From an uncultured Candidatus Saccharibacteria bacterium (GTDB lineage Bacteria; Patescibacteriota; Minisyncoccia; Phycocordibacterales; UBA12088), in NCBI GenBank assembly GCA_964383505.1, contig CAYLHB010000001.1:1232-65231 (forward strand): a DNA stretch of 64,000 bases, given 5' to 3'. Both the position numbers and the translations under genes were made by a program. Positions 28,083 through 37,309 of the stretch are shown here, in pieces; the stretch's first letter is position 1, and each line of letters begins with the position of its first letter. The notes beneath the pieces are model-generated. The model had not been told where the DNA came from. It made no database searches and saw only the letters and a program-made list of their open reading frames with translations.

Positions 28083-28640
28083 CTAGTCGCGGGCCATGAG
28101 GTGGGGTGGCGGGTATATTTGGATGGTTACGCGCGTGCCGGGTAGTACGCGGGTGGCGAGCGTATCCCAGTCGGCATTGTGCATGCGTATGCATCCGCGT
28201 GATACACGGTGCCCTATTTGGTCGGGGCGAATGGTGCCGTGGATGCGAACGGTGGAAGGGATACATGACTCCCAACGCACACCCACTTTTCTCCCCCCGA
28301 GCGCGTTTTTTGGATGTCCAGGTGCGTAGTAGCTCGAAAGCGGTTGTCCTTTTTGTGCCGCTGCACGCTTTGTTGCCTCGGTGGGTATCCACGCCGCATG
28401 TGGGTCGATGAAGGTGACTATTCCCGTGACGGGCCCGCTGTAGAGGCATCGTGGCGTATGACGAGGCGTGGCGATAGGGTATGTGGCGATGAGGGTATTT
28501 CCATCAACGACGTACAGTTGCGGCGTATCGCTACCAGTTCCCAATATAATGTGAAGTTCGACCTCCGCATGAGCAGGGGCGGTCAGTACGAGCCATACAC
28601 ACGCCGCGAGAAGTGAAATGAGCGACTGGACATGACGCAT
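28083..28640 (-). CDS. L,D-transpeptidase (YkuD domain) with signal peptide
   Basis: Signal peptide MRHVQSLISLLAACVWLVLTAPAHA. Catalytic motif HGT...SRGCIRMHNAD. Confidence 0.8.
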   Translation of the reverse strand: MRHVQSLISLLAACVWLVLTAPAHAEVELHIILGTGSDTPQLYVVDGNTLIATYPIATPRHTPRCLYSGPVTGIVTFIDPHAAWIPTEATKRAAAQKGQPLSSYYAPGHPKNALGGRKVGVRWESCIPSTVRIHGTIRPDQIGHRVSRGCIRMHNADWDTLATRVLPGTRVTIQIYPPPHLMARD

Positions 28641-28652
28641 CTCTCGTTCTCC

Positions 28653-28865
28653 TCAGGTCCTTCCTCTCTTTGCGGCTATGTACCACAAAGGAAGGACCAC
28701 AAAAAAATCGAACATGAAGCCACCGAACCACCACTGCGCAGTGATTTTGTTCGTCCATTCTTGTGTAGGCGATAGGTATGGTTCTCCCGTCATGAGATAC
28801 AACACCAATGTAATTGGGCACGATATAAGGATAACAACAAAGAGTGTTTTCATGAGCTTTTCCAT
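28653..28865 (-). CDS. small membrane protein (70 aa), hypothetical
   Basis: Two predicted TM helices. Lies directly upstream of the Ldt gene on the same strand. Confidence 0.35.
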   Translation of the reverse strand: MEKLMKTLFVVILISCPITLVLYLMTGEPYLSPTQEWTNKITAQWWFGGFMFDFFVVLPLWYIAAKRGRT

Positions 28866-28970
28866 GATGTTTCTCTGCCTTGTTTACCTTCTATAACCCT
28901 ACCGCTCATTGTACCATCGTGCAATCGGCAGGACATGGCACCCGTGCCACAAAGAAGGTACACTTAGGAA

Positions 28971-30236
28971 ATGGAATACTCATGTACCAAACAGCAAGAT
29001 GAAGAAGTGTTCAGTGCCCTTGAGGGCGAGGAGCGTCGCGAAGCAGAAGGGCTTGAGCTCATTCCCAGTGAAAACTACGTCTCACGGGCGGTGCGTGAGG
29101 CCTTGGGGTCGGTTGTGACTAACAAATATTCCGAGGGCTATCCAGGTAAGCGCTACTACGGGGGGCAGGAGTACACCGATGCCTTGGAAACGCTCGCGAT
29201 TGAGCGGGCGAAGAAGCTCTTTGGAGCCGCATACGTGAACGTGCAACCGCTCTCCGGTGCTCCCGCGAACATCGCTACGTACTTCGCGGTCCTCGAGCCC
29301 GGGGATACGGTGCTCGGCATGGACCTCTCGCATGGGGGGCACCTCACGCACGGGCACCCGGTCACGATGATGACGAAGGTATTCCGTTTCGTGCGCTACA
29401 AGATGAAGAACGCGGAGACGGGCGAGATAGACTACGACGAAATGCGCGAGGTGGCGAAAAGGGAAAAGCCGAAGCTCATCCTCGCAGGGTTCTCCGCGTA
29501 CTCGCGCGAGCTCGATTACGAGCAGTTTGTCGCGATAGGGAAGGAGGTTGGGGCGTACACCATGGCGGATGTTGCACACATAGCGGGCTTGATCGCAGGC
29601 AAGGCTGCGAAAAACCCATTCGATGCGGGGTTTGACCTCATGACGACGACTACCCACAAGACCCTACGCGGGCCACGTGGCGGTATGGTTTTGGTGCGTG
29701 AGAGTGCGGAGATTGCAAAAAAGGTAGACAAGGCGGTGTTTCCTGGGCTACAGGGAGGGCCGCACATGAACCAGGTGGCCGCGAAGGCGGTGTGCTTTGG
29801 CGAGGCACTCCAACCTTCGTTTCGCACCTACGCAGGGCAGATTCTCGTAAACGCGAAAGCGATGGAGCGCGTGTTGCGTGCGCGCGGAGTGAGGATGCTC
29901 GGTGGGGGCACGGACAACCACCTCATTTTGGCGGATGTGTACGGCTCGCTCGGCGTGTCGGGTAAAGAGGCAGAGACGGTGCTCGACAGTGTGGGTATCA
30001 CACTAAATAAGAATGTCATTGCGGACGACCCGCGCCCCCCACTCGACCCCTCGGGAATTCGTTTTGGCACACCCGCGCTCACAACCCGAGGTTTTACGGA
30101 ACAGGATTGCGCTCGTGTGGCGGAACTCATGCTGGATGCACTGCAGTGTAGTGGAGATGTGACAAAGCTTGAGACCATTCGAGAGGAGGTGTGCTCACTC
30201 GCACAGAGCCACCCGGTGCCGGAAAGTTTTGTGTAG
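28971..30236 (+). CDS. glyA: serine hydroxymethyltransferase
   Basis: LELIPSENYVS, GYPGKRYYGG, and the PLP-Lys region TTTTHKTLRGPRGG. Confidence 0.9.
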   Translation: MEYSCTKQQDEEVFSALEGEERREAEGLELIPSENYVSRAVREALGSVVTNKYSEGYPGKRYYGGQEYTDALETLAIERAKKLFGAAYVNVQPLSGAPANIATYFAVLEPGDTVLGMDLSHGGHLTHGHPVTMMTKVFRFVRYKMKNAETGEIDYDEMREVAKREKPKLILAGFSAYSRELDYEQFVAIGKEVGAYTMADVAHIAGLIAGKAAKNPFDAGFDLMTTTTHKTLRGPRGGMVLVRESAEIAKKVDKAVFPGLQGGPHMNQVAAKAVCFGEALQPSFRTYAGQILVNAKAMERVLRARGVRMLGGGTDNHLILADVYGSLGVSGKEAETVLDSVGITLNKNVIADDPRPPLDPSGIRFGTPALTTRGFTEQDCARVAELMLDALQCSGDVTKLETIREEVCSLAQSHPVPESFV

Positions 30237-30315
30237 CAAGTATACTTTCTGTTGACGGTGTATGATTAATCAACTAGCCCCGGTATACGCCGGGGTACTG
30301 CTCTTACAGTAGGGT

Positions 30316-31434
30316 GTGGAAGTATGCGGGAGCATGTACAATGTACCCATGCGCTTGTTTGAGTATCGGTGGGTTGTGTTTGTGCGGCGCCACGCGTCCC
30401 TCATCGCGTTTGTTAGCGGTTTTGCATTTGATGCGCTCACACTCACCCGTATTGACGAGCTCTATGGGCAGGCGGTTTTTCTTTGCTACCTCTTTGTGGC
30501 GGCGGGTACGGTGGTGCTCATACAAGCGGTGGAAGCGGACCGTCGGGTGCCCCGTGTGGTGCGTACGTACCGCGCGTGGCTTCCCGCGCTCGTCCAGTTT
30601 CCCATGGGAGGCCTCCTCTCGGGCTTCGTGCTCTTCTACAGCAAGAGTGCCTCGCTCCTCACGAGCTGGCCCTTTTTAGTGATTCTCATCGCGGTCTTTA
30701 TCGGTAATGAGTTTTTCAAGAGACGCTATGAGCTTTTGGTGTTTCAAATCGGTATGCTCACCTTTGCGCTCCTCTCCTACAGCGCGCTCACCATTCCCAT
30801 ACTCTATGGGGATGTAGGCACCATTCCTTTTCTCTTGAGTGGCCTCTCGGCGCTCTTTGTGCTCGCGCTCGTGTTTCAAGGCATCATGCGCGTTGCGCCT
30901 TCTGCGTACCACACACACTTTCGCTACCTTGTAGGAACTGTGGGTGCGGTGACAATTATATGGAACATTGCTTACTTCACCAACCTCATTCCTCCCGTCC
31001 CCCTCGCACTCAAAGATATTGGAATATTCCACAGCCTCACCAAGGCACCGTCGGATGGGTACCTCTATCGCGTCACATACGAAGCGGCTCCGTGGTACCT
31101 GCCGTGGCGCACGATTGATACCACGTTTCGTGTGGCTGGGGGAGACGGTGCGTACTGTTACTCTGCGGTGTTTGCGCCCACGAGCATTTCCACTCGGCTC
31201 TTTCACAGGTGGGAGTACTACAGCTCCGCGGGATGGGTGACACGCAGTCGTATTCCATGGTCGGTGCAGGGTGGAAGGGACGGGGGGTACCGTTGGTACA
31301 GTGTGAAGGGCACCCTTGAGGAAGGGAGGTGGCGGTGTGTGGTTGAGACCGAATGGGGTGCCGTGCTGGGGGTGGATGAATTTACTGTGCTTCGTGCCGA
31401 GAGTACCCCGCTTCTTGTTGAGACCAGAAAATAG
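30316..31434 (+). CDS. hypothetical polytopic membrane protein with C-terminal W/R-rich soluble domain
   Basis: About 7 hydrophobic helices, then a domain with WEYYSSAGW...YRWYSV. The antisense 396-aa ORF (30676..31866) was judged spurious. Confidence 0.5.
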   Translation: MEVCGSMYNVPMRLFEYRWVVFVRRHASLIAFVSGFAFDALTLTRIDELYGQAVFLCYLFVAAGTVVLIQAVEADRRVPRVVRTYRAWLPALVQFPMGGLLSGFVLFYSKSASLLTSWPFLVILIAVFIGNEFFKRRYELLVFQIGMLTFALLSYSALTIPILYGDVGTIPFLLSGLSALFVLALVFQGIMRVAPSAYHTHFRYLVGTVGAVTIIWNIAYFTNLIPPVPLALKDIGIFHSLTKAPSDGYLYRVTYEAAPWYLPWRTIDTTFRVAGGDGAYCYSAVFAPTSISTRLFHRWEYYSSAGWVTRSRIPWSVQGGRDGGYRWYSVKGTLEEGRWRCVVETEWGAVLGVDEFTVLRAESTPLLVETRK

Positions 31435-31470
31435 GTTCCGCTTTTTACAGGTTAGTGCTACAGTTCCTCC

Positions 31471-33147
31471 ATGTTCTACTCGGAACTCGCGGACGTGCTT
31501 CAAAGAGCGATTGTGTCGCTCGGGTTTGGCGACGTGCCTGTGGAGCTCGCGCACCCTACGGACAGAAGTCACGGCGACCTTACTACCAGCATCGCACTTG
31601 TGCTCGCCCCCACGCTCGATCGTTCCCCGCGTGACATTGCGGAAGCGATTGTGGCAGGCGTGGATGCACCTCCCTATATTGACCGTTTCGAGGTGGCGGG
31701 ACCCGGGTTCATTAATATCTACCTTTCCCGGGAATTTTTCCGAAAGGCAACTGAATCGATTCTTTCGCTTGGTGATGTGTGGGGTAAGGGTACGGCACTT
31801 GCCGGCAGGCGTATTATGGTGGAGCACAGCCAGCCAAATCCTTTCAAGCCGTTCCACATAGGGCACCTCATGAGCAACACGCTCGGCGAGTCCATCTCGC
31901 GTCTCATCGAGTGGTCAGGTGCCGAGGTGCGGCGGGTAAACTACCAGGGGGACGTGGGGCTCCACGTTGCAAAAGCGCTCTGGGGTCTCGCACACCTAAA
32001 AGGAGACCCAACCAGCATTGAAGACCTGGGAAGTGCGTACGTGGAGGGAAACCGCGCATATGAGGAGGATGAGGGTGCGCGGGCTGAAATCGTTGCATAC
32101 AACAAGCTCGTCTACGCTCATGCGCCCGAGATTACGGACACCTACACAAAGGGTAGAGAGGCATCACTCGTGCACTTTGAGGAGCTCTACGCGCTCCTCG
32201 GGAGCCGCTTTGACCATTACTTTTTTGAGAGCGAGACGGCGGAACCCGGGCGTGCGCTCGTGAAGGAGGGGCTCGCGCGCGGTACGTTCACTGAGAGCGA
32301 GGGGGCGATTGTGTTCCGGGGCGAAGCGTACGGTCTCCATACCCGTGTGTTTATCACGAAAGATGGTTTGCCCACCTACGAGGCAAAAGAGCTCGGCCTC
32401 GCCTACAAAAAGCGCGAGAAGTGGGAGTTCGATCTCTCCATTACGACGACCGCGGTGGAGCAGAAGGAGTACATGAGGGTGGTGTACAAAGCACTCTCGC
32501 TTTTGAATCCCGCACTTGGCGAGAAGCTCCTCCATGTGCCGCACGGCATGCTCCTCCTCACCTCGGGCAAGATGAGCTCGCGAAGGGGGAATGTCATCAC
32601 CGGCGAGTCGCTCCTCTCGGAGATGCGCGCGCGTGCGTGGGAGAAAGTGAAAGACCGTGACCTCCCACCGCTTGAGCGAGACACGATACGTGATGCGGTT
32701 GCGGTTGCGGCAATCAAGTACTCAATACTGAAGCAGAAGGCGGGGAAGAATATCATCTTCGACCCGGACGCCTCGCTCTCATTCGAGGGCGATTCAGGCC
32801 CGTATCTCCAGTATGCGCACACCCGTGCAGTATCGGTGCTTGAAAAGGCCGATGCGGAGGGAGTGGTGGCTTTCTGTGAGGTGCCGCTTCCCGAGGTGAC
32901 CGACCTTGAGCGATTGCTCTACCGTTTTCCCGAGGTGGTGGCACGCGCGACGGAGGAGTTCGAGCCCCACCACGTGACAACCTACCTCACGGAGCTCGCG
33001 GGGGTGTGGAACAGCTGGTACGCCGCCGAGCGCATACTTGACGGGTCGTCATTTGCACCCTACAAGGTGGCGCTCGCCACGGCCTTTGCGCATACGATGA
33101 AAAATGGTCTATGCCTATTGGGGATAGAAGCACCCCGTCGCATGTAG
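31471..33147 (+). CDS. argS: arginine--tRNA ligase
   Basis: HIGH variant region SQPNPFKPFHIGHL and KMSK variant KMSSRRGNVI. Length 558 aa. Confidence 0.9.
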   Translation: MFYSELADVLQRAIVSLGFGDVPVELAHPTDRSHGDLTTSIALVLAPTLDRSPRDIAEAIVAGVDAPPYIDRFEVAGPGFINIYLSREFFRKATESILSLGDVWGKGTALAGRRIMVEHSQPNPFKPFHIGHLMSNTLGESISRLIEWSGAEVRRVNYQGDVGLHVAKALWGLAHLKGDPTSIEDLGSAYVEGNRAYEEDEGARAEIVAYNKLVYAHAPEITDTYTKGREASLVHFEELYALLGSRFDHYFFESETAEPGRALVKEGLARGTFTESEGAIVFRGEAYGLHTRVFITKDGLPTYEAKELGLAYKKREKWEFDLSITTTAVEQKEYMRVVYKALSLLNPALGEKLLHVPHGMLLLTSGKMSSRRGNVITGESLLSEMRARAWEKVKDRDLPPLERDTIRDAVAVAAIKYSILKQKAGKNIIFDPDASLSFEGDSGPYLQYAHTRAVSVLEKADAEGVVAFCEVPLPEVTDLERLLYRFPEVVARATEEFEPHHVTTYLTELAGVWNSWYAAERILDGSSFAPYKVALATAFAHTMKNGLCLLGIEAPRRM

Positions 33148-33222
33148 GTACATCGTAATTGGGCCTGTTGCACGACACGGGCGTTACTGTTCGGTTCCTG
33201 CTCCGGGTGGTAGGATTGCGCT

Positions 33223-36200
33223 ATGGCGAAACACGATAAGGAGAACAATGAGGAAGCACGTGCGGTGAGCGAAACCGCGAGGCGAGAGGAAAAGGTGCTC
33301 GCGTACTGGAACGAACACCGTATATTTGAACAAACACTTGATAAAGAAGCCCCGATGGGTGATTTCGTGTTCTACGACGGGCCGCCGTTCGCGACGGGTC
33401 TTCCCCACATGGGCCACCTCCTCGGTTCGTCGGTCAAAGACGTGGTTGGGCGGTATAAGACCATGTGTGGATACCGCGTGCCGCGTCGGTGGGGGTGGGA
33501 CTGCCACGGGCTCCCTATTGAAAATATTGTTGAGAAAAAGCTCGGTCTCAAGACAAAGAAAGAAATACTGGAGCTTGGCATCGACAACTTCAACCGCGAG
33601 GCGAAGGAGGCGGTACTCCAATTTGTAGCTGATTGGAAGCACTACGTGGAGCGACTTGGTCGTTGGGTGGATTTCGATGCTTCGTACAAGACGATGGACA
33701 ACAGCTACATCGAAGCGGTGTGGGGTGCACTCAAGAAAATACATGATGACAAGCGACTCTACGAGGGCACGAAGGTGCTCCTCTACTGCCCGCACTGCGA
33801 GACCCCGCTCTCGAAAGCGGAAATCGCGATGGACAACAGCTACAAAGATGTAACGGAGAAAGCGGTAGTGGCGAAGTTCAAACTTAAAGCCGGACAGAAG
33901 GTGGGGGATCTCACCACCGACGATGCGACGTACATCCTCGCATGGACGACGACCCCGTGGACACTGCCGGGGAATATGGCACTCGCGGTGCGTGCGAGTA
34001 CCGAGTACGGCGTGTACGACACCCCTGCGGGTCGCGTGGTTGCAGCGCGGGAGCGGGCGGAAACCGTTCTTGGTAGCTTGACACCGGCGCACGCGGTTTC
34101 CGGCGAGTCACTCGTGGGGCTTTCGTACGAACCGCTTTATGAGATCCCCAAGGCGAAAGAGGGTGCGAATAAAAAGGTGTGGACCGTGCAAGCCGCGGAT
34201 TTTGTCACAACCGAGGAGGGTACCGGTGTGGTCCACATTGCGCCCATGTACGGTGAGGACGACCATGAGCTCGGCAAAGCGCTCGGACTCCCGTTCGTCC
34301 AGCTCCTCGACCAGAGCGGTCACTACAATGAGGATGCGCCCGAGTTCCTTCGCGGGCTCTACTATAAAAAAGGAAGTGGCGAGGTGCTCCGAGACCTCAC
34401 CTTGCGCGAGCGTGTGTTCCATGCCAACGACCATACGCACAGCTACCCGCACTGCTATCGGTGTAACACCGCGCTCATCTACAATGCGCTCTCGTCGTGG
34501 TTCATCAACATACAGGCGGTAAAGGAGGATATGCTCACAGCAAACGAGTCGGTGTCGTGGTACCCGGAGCACCTTAAGCACGGGCGGTTTCGCAACATCG
34601 TCGAAACCGCGCCGGATTGGACCATCAGCCGCAATCGCTTTTGGGCGAGCCCGCTCCCGATTTGGAAGCATGAGACAACCGGCGAGCTGTTGGTCATCGG
34701 TTCGCTTTCCGAACTGCGTGCGCACACCAAAAAGAGTGGAAACACCTACCTCATGGTGCGCCACGGGGAAGCGGAGAGTAACGTGCTCGGCGTGGTGAGC
34801 ACCGACATCAAGAACGAACACCACCTGACGGCGCGCGGAGAGGAGCAGGTGCACGAGGCGGCAGAGGTCCTTAAGAAGGCGGGTATCACCAAAATGGTAA
34901 GCTCGCCCTTAGTACGCACCTGTGAAACCGCGGAGCGCATCGCGGACATAATCGGCTATGCCAAGGAGGATATTGTCTACGATGCGCGACTCATGGAGTG
35001 GCAGCTCGGGGCACTCAACGGGAAACCGGTCTCGGCCATATGGGATATTTGTCCCACGTACGTCGAACGCTTCACGAACAAGTGTGCGGGAGGAGAGACG
35101 CTCGTCGAGATGAAGCGACGTATCGGCGAGGCACTCTACGAGTATGAAACGACCTACGTGAATGAAACCGTGCTCATTGTGGGCCACGAGTACACGTTGT
35201 GGATGGCGGAGTGTGTGGCACGTGGCGCAGACGTCGATGAGTGCATCGAAATACGGGGAAAGGCAAAGGACTACGTGAAAAACGGCGAGGTGCGCACGCT
35301 CGATTTCGTACCGCTCCCGCACAACGACGAGTTCGAGCTCGACCTCCATCGCCCATACATTGATGAGCTCCCGCTTGTCGCGAGCGACGGCGCGCGGTTC
35401 GTGCGCATACCAGAGGTGGTTGACTGCTGGGTCGAGTCGGGTGCTATGCCGGTTGCTTCCGAACATTTGCTTCACGAACCTTTCAAAAGGCCCGTGCGTT
35501 ATCCGGGCGACTTTATCGCGGAGTACATTGCGCAGACCCGCACGTGGTTCTACTACATGCACGCGATGGGAGTACTTCTCTTCGGCAAAGAGAGCTTTAA
35601 GCACTGTGTAACGACCGGTACGGTACTCGCCGAGGATGGGAGCAAGATGAGCAAGTCGAAGGGCAACTACACCGACCCACTCATCAATATCGACCGTTTC
35701 GGTGCAGATACGCTCCGGCTCTACCTCCTCGGCTCGGTAGTGATGCAGGGCGAGGACATGAGCTTCAGGGACGACGAACTCAAGGAGCTCCACAACCGCT
35801 TTATCAATATTCTTTGGAACACATACACCTTCTACGAGACCTACCGTGATGAGGGTGCTGTGACCCCTCCCAACAAGACTTCACAGAGCACTCACGTGCT
35901 CGACGTATGGATTATCGCCCGTCTCAACGAGGTAGTGCGGCAAGTGACCGAGCACATGGAGCGATACGACACGGTCGTCTCGGTGCGCACGCTTCGCGCG
36001 TTTGTGACCGACCTCTCCACGTGGTACCTACGTCGTTCTCGGGACCGCTTGAAGGGCGTCGAGGGCGTCGAGGCGCAACAAGAAGCACTCTCCACCTTTA
36101 GACACACACTCATTGAACTTTCAAAACTACTCGCGCCACTTGCTCCCTTTATCGCAGAGGATATCTACCGGGGGTGCGGTGCGGAGAAAGAAAGCGTGCA

Positions 36201-36705
36201 CCTTGCGTCGTGGCCTCAAGGTGAGCCATGTGATGATCAGGAAGTGCTCGCGAAGATGGAGGCGACCCGACAGGTGGTCTCTGAAGCACTTGAGCGGCGC
36301 GCTACCGCAGGGGTAAAGGTGCGCCAGCCACTCTCGCGCCTCACCGCACCAGATGTCGCACTACTCTACACGGAACTCATTATGGAGGAGGTGAATGTGC
36401 ACGAGGTAGTGGAGGGAGCGAAGATCGAGCTCGACACTACACTCACTCCGGAGTTGGTGCGAGAGGGCAGGGTGCGCGAGCTCGTGCGGAGCGTCCAAGA
36501 ATTACGAAAATCAGCCAAGCGTGCACCCTCTGATGAGGTGGTGCTCGTGGTGGGTGCGGGTGATGAGGCGCGCCCGCTTGTGGAGGAGGCGCGCGAGCGG
36601 CTCCGCAAGGTCGCGAATGTTACAGAGGTCGTGTACGAAGACCTCCCCGAAGACTCATGTGAGCTTCACCTCGAGACGCTTCGTATGAAACTCGCACTTC
36701 GCTAG
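33223..36705 (+). CDS. ileS: isoleucine--tRNA ligase (type 2) carrying an in-frame internal histidine-phosphatase-like domain (1160 aa)
   Basis: HMGH (PHMGHLLG), CP1 editing domain, ...PIWKHETTGELLVIG, then the inserted domain, then VVDCWVESGAMP and KMSKS (GSKMSKSKGN). The reading frame is continuous throughout. Confidence 0.9.
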   Translation: MAKHDKENNEEARAVSETARREEKVLAYWNEHRIFEQTLDKEAPMGDFVFYDGPPFATGLPHMGHLLGSSVKDVVGRYKTMCGYRVPRRWGWDCHGLPIENIVEKKLGLKTKKEILELGIDNFNREAKEAVLQFVADWKHYVERLGRWVDFDASYKTMDNSYIEAVWGALKKIHDDKRLYEGTKVLLYCPHCETPLSKAEIAMDNSYKDVTEKAVVAKFKLKAGQKVGDLTTDDATYILAWTTTPWTLPGNMALAVRASTEYGVYDTPAGRVVAARERAETVLGSLTPAHAVSGESLVGLSYEPLYEIPKAKEGANKKVWTVQAADFVTTEEGTGVVHIAPMYGEDDHELGKALGLPFVQLLDQSGHYNEDAPEFLRGLYYKKGSGEVLRDLTLRERVFHANDHTHSYPHCYRCNTALIYNALSSWFINIQAVKEDMLTANESVSWYPEHLKHGRFRNIVETAPDWTISRNRFWASPLPIWKHETTGELLVIGSLSELRAHTKKSGNTYLMVRHGEAESNVLGVVSTDIKNEHHLTARGEEQVHEAAEVLKKAGITKMVSSPLVRTCETAERIADIIGYAKEDIVYDARLMEWQLGALNGKPVSAIWDICPTYVERFTNKCAGGETLVEMKRRIGEALYEYETTYVNETVLIVGHEYTLWMAECVARGADVDECIEIRGKAKDYVKNGEVRTLDFVPLPHNDEFELDLHRPYIDELPLVASDGARFVRIPEVVDCWVESGAMPVASEHLLHEPFKRPVRYPGDFIAEYIAQTRTWFYYMHAMGVLLFGKESFKHCVTTGTVLAEDGSKMSKSKGNYTDPLINIDRFGADTLRLYLLGSVVMQGEDMSFRDDELKELHNRFINILWNTYTFYETYRDEGAVTPPNKTSQSTHVLDVWIIARLNEVVRQVTEHMERYDTVVSVRTLRAFVTDLSTWYLRRSRDRLKGVEGVEAQQEALSTFRHTLIELSKLLAPLAPFIAEDIYRGCGAEKESVHLASWPQGEPCDDQEVLAKMEATRQVVSEALERRATAGVKVRQPLSRLTAPDVALLYTELIMEEVNVHEVVEGAKIELDTTLTPELVREGRVRELVRSVQELRKSAKRAPSDEVVLVVGAGDEARPLVEEARERLRKVANVTEVVYEDLPEDSCELHLETLRMKLALR
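34715..35290 (+). other. embedded histidine phosphatase (phosphoglycerate-mutase-like) domain within the IleS ORF
   Basis: TYLMVRHGEAESNVLGV..LTARGEEQVHEAAEVLK..VSSPLVRTCETAERIA..LIVGHEYTLW matches the RHGE...SSPLxRAxxTA...GHE catalytic signature of the histidine phosphatase superfamily. Confidence 0.7.
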
Positions 36706-36708
36706 CGA

Positions 36709-37290
36709 GTGACTATGTACACGCTCATCACCGAACACGCGTTTGTACTCGGGAGTACGCCCGAGGGAGAGGCGAGCCGTGTGCTCTTTCTCCTCACGAA
36801 GTCGCGGGGGCTCATACGGGTCCATGCACAGGGGGTGCGCCTTGAGCGGTCGAAACTGCGCTACCTCCTGTCTGAAGGTGCGTGGGTGCGGGTGACCATG
36901 GTGCGGGGTCGTGAGGTGTGGCGTGTGGTGAATGCGTGTGAAGGGGTGGGTGCCGTGGCAGACAACCGCCTCTATGTGCGCGCGGCTCTGCGCCGTGTGC
37001 GAACGCTTGCGCGAAGGTTGGTGCACGGAGAGGGCGATCAAACGAAACTCTATGCGGTTCTTTCGGATGGGTGCGCGGCACTTGTTGCCTCACCGGACGC
37101 ACGTACACTCCGGCTCCTTGAGGTGCTCCTCGTGGCCCGCATACTCAACACACAGGGGTACCTCAGTGAATCGAACATACGGTCGGGTCTGCTTGAGGGA
37201 ACTTCGTATGAAGGCATCGATATGACTGACTCCGACATGCGGACACTTATTCGCAACGTAAACGATGCACTGCGGGAGTGTCAGCTCTAG
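36709..37290 (+). CDS. recO: DNA repair protein RecO-like
   Basis: N-terminal OB-fold pattern AFVLGSTPEGEASRVLFLLTKSRGLIRVHAQGVR (cf. RecO AFVL..R..E.S...T..G.....AKGAR). Size 193 aa. Confidence 0.6.
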   Translation: MTMYTLITEHAFVLGSTPEGEASRVLFLLTKSRGLIRVHAQGVRLERSKLRYLLSEGAWVRVTMVRGREVWRVVNACEGVGAVADNRLYVRAALRRVRTLARRLVHGEGDQTKLYAVLSDGCAALVASPDARTLRLLEVLLVARILNTQGYLSESNIRSGLLEGTSYEGIDMTDSDMRTLIRNVNDALRECQL

Positions 37291-37309
37291 CTTTGGTATA
37301 CTGGAAGGT

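Noticed and set aside
30676-31866. 396-aa antisense ORF overlapping the membrane-protein gene and the argS start
   Set aside because: R/H/C-rich, low-complexity translation with no motifs. The opposite strand encodes a coherent multi-TM protein and ArgS. This is typical shadow ORF behaviour in high-GC DNA. The same reasoning covers 33184..34092, 34108..34854, 34909..35793, 38945..39862, 39391..40020, 42505..43017, 48528..49130, 51556..52251, 56054..56821, 61618..62187 and other antisense/alt-frame ORFs in the track.
31434-33223. T-box riboswitch leaders upstream of argS/ileS/glyQS/metG
   Set aside because: The intergenic spacers (4-75 nt or overlapping) are far too short for a ~250-nt T-box.
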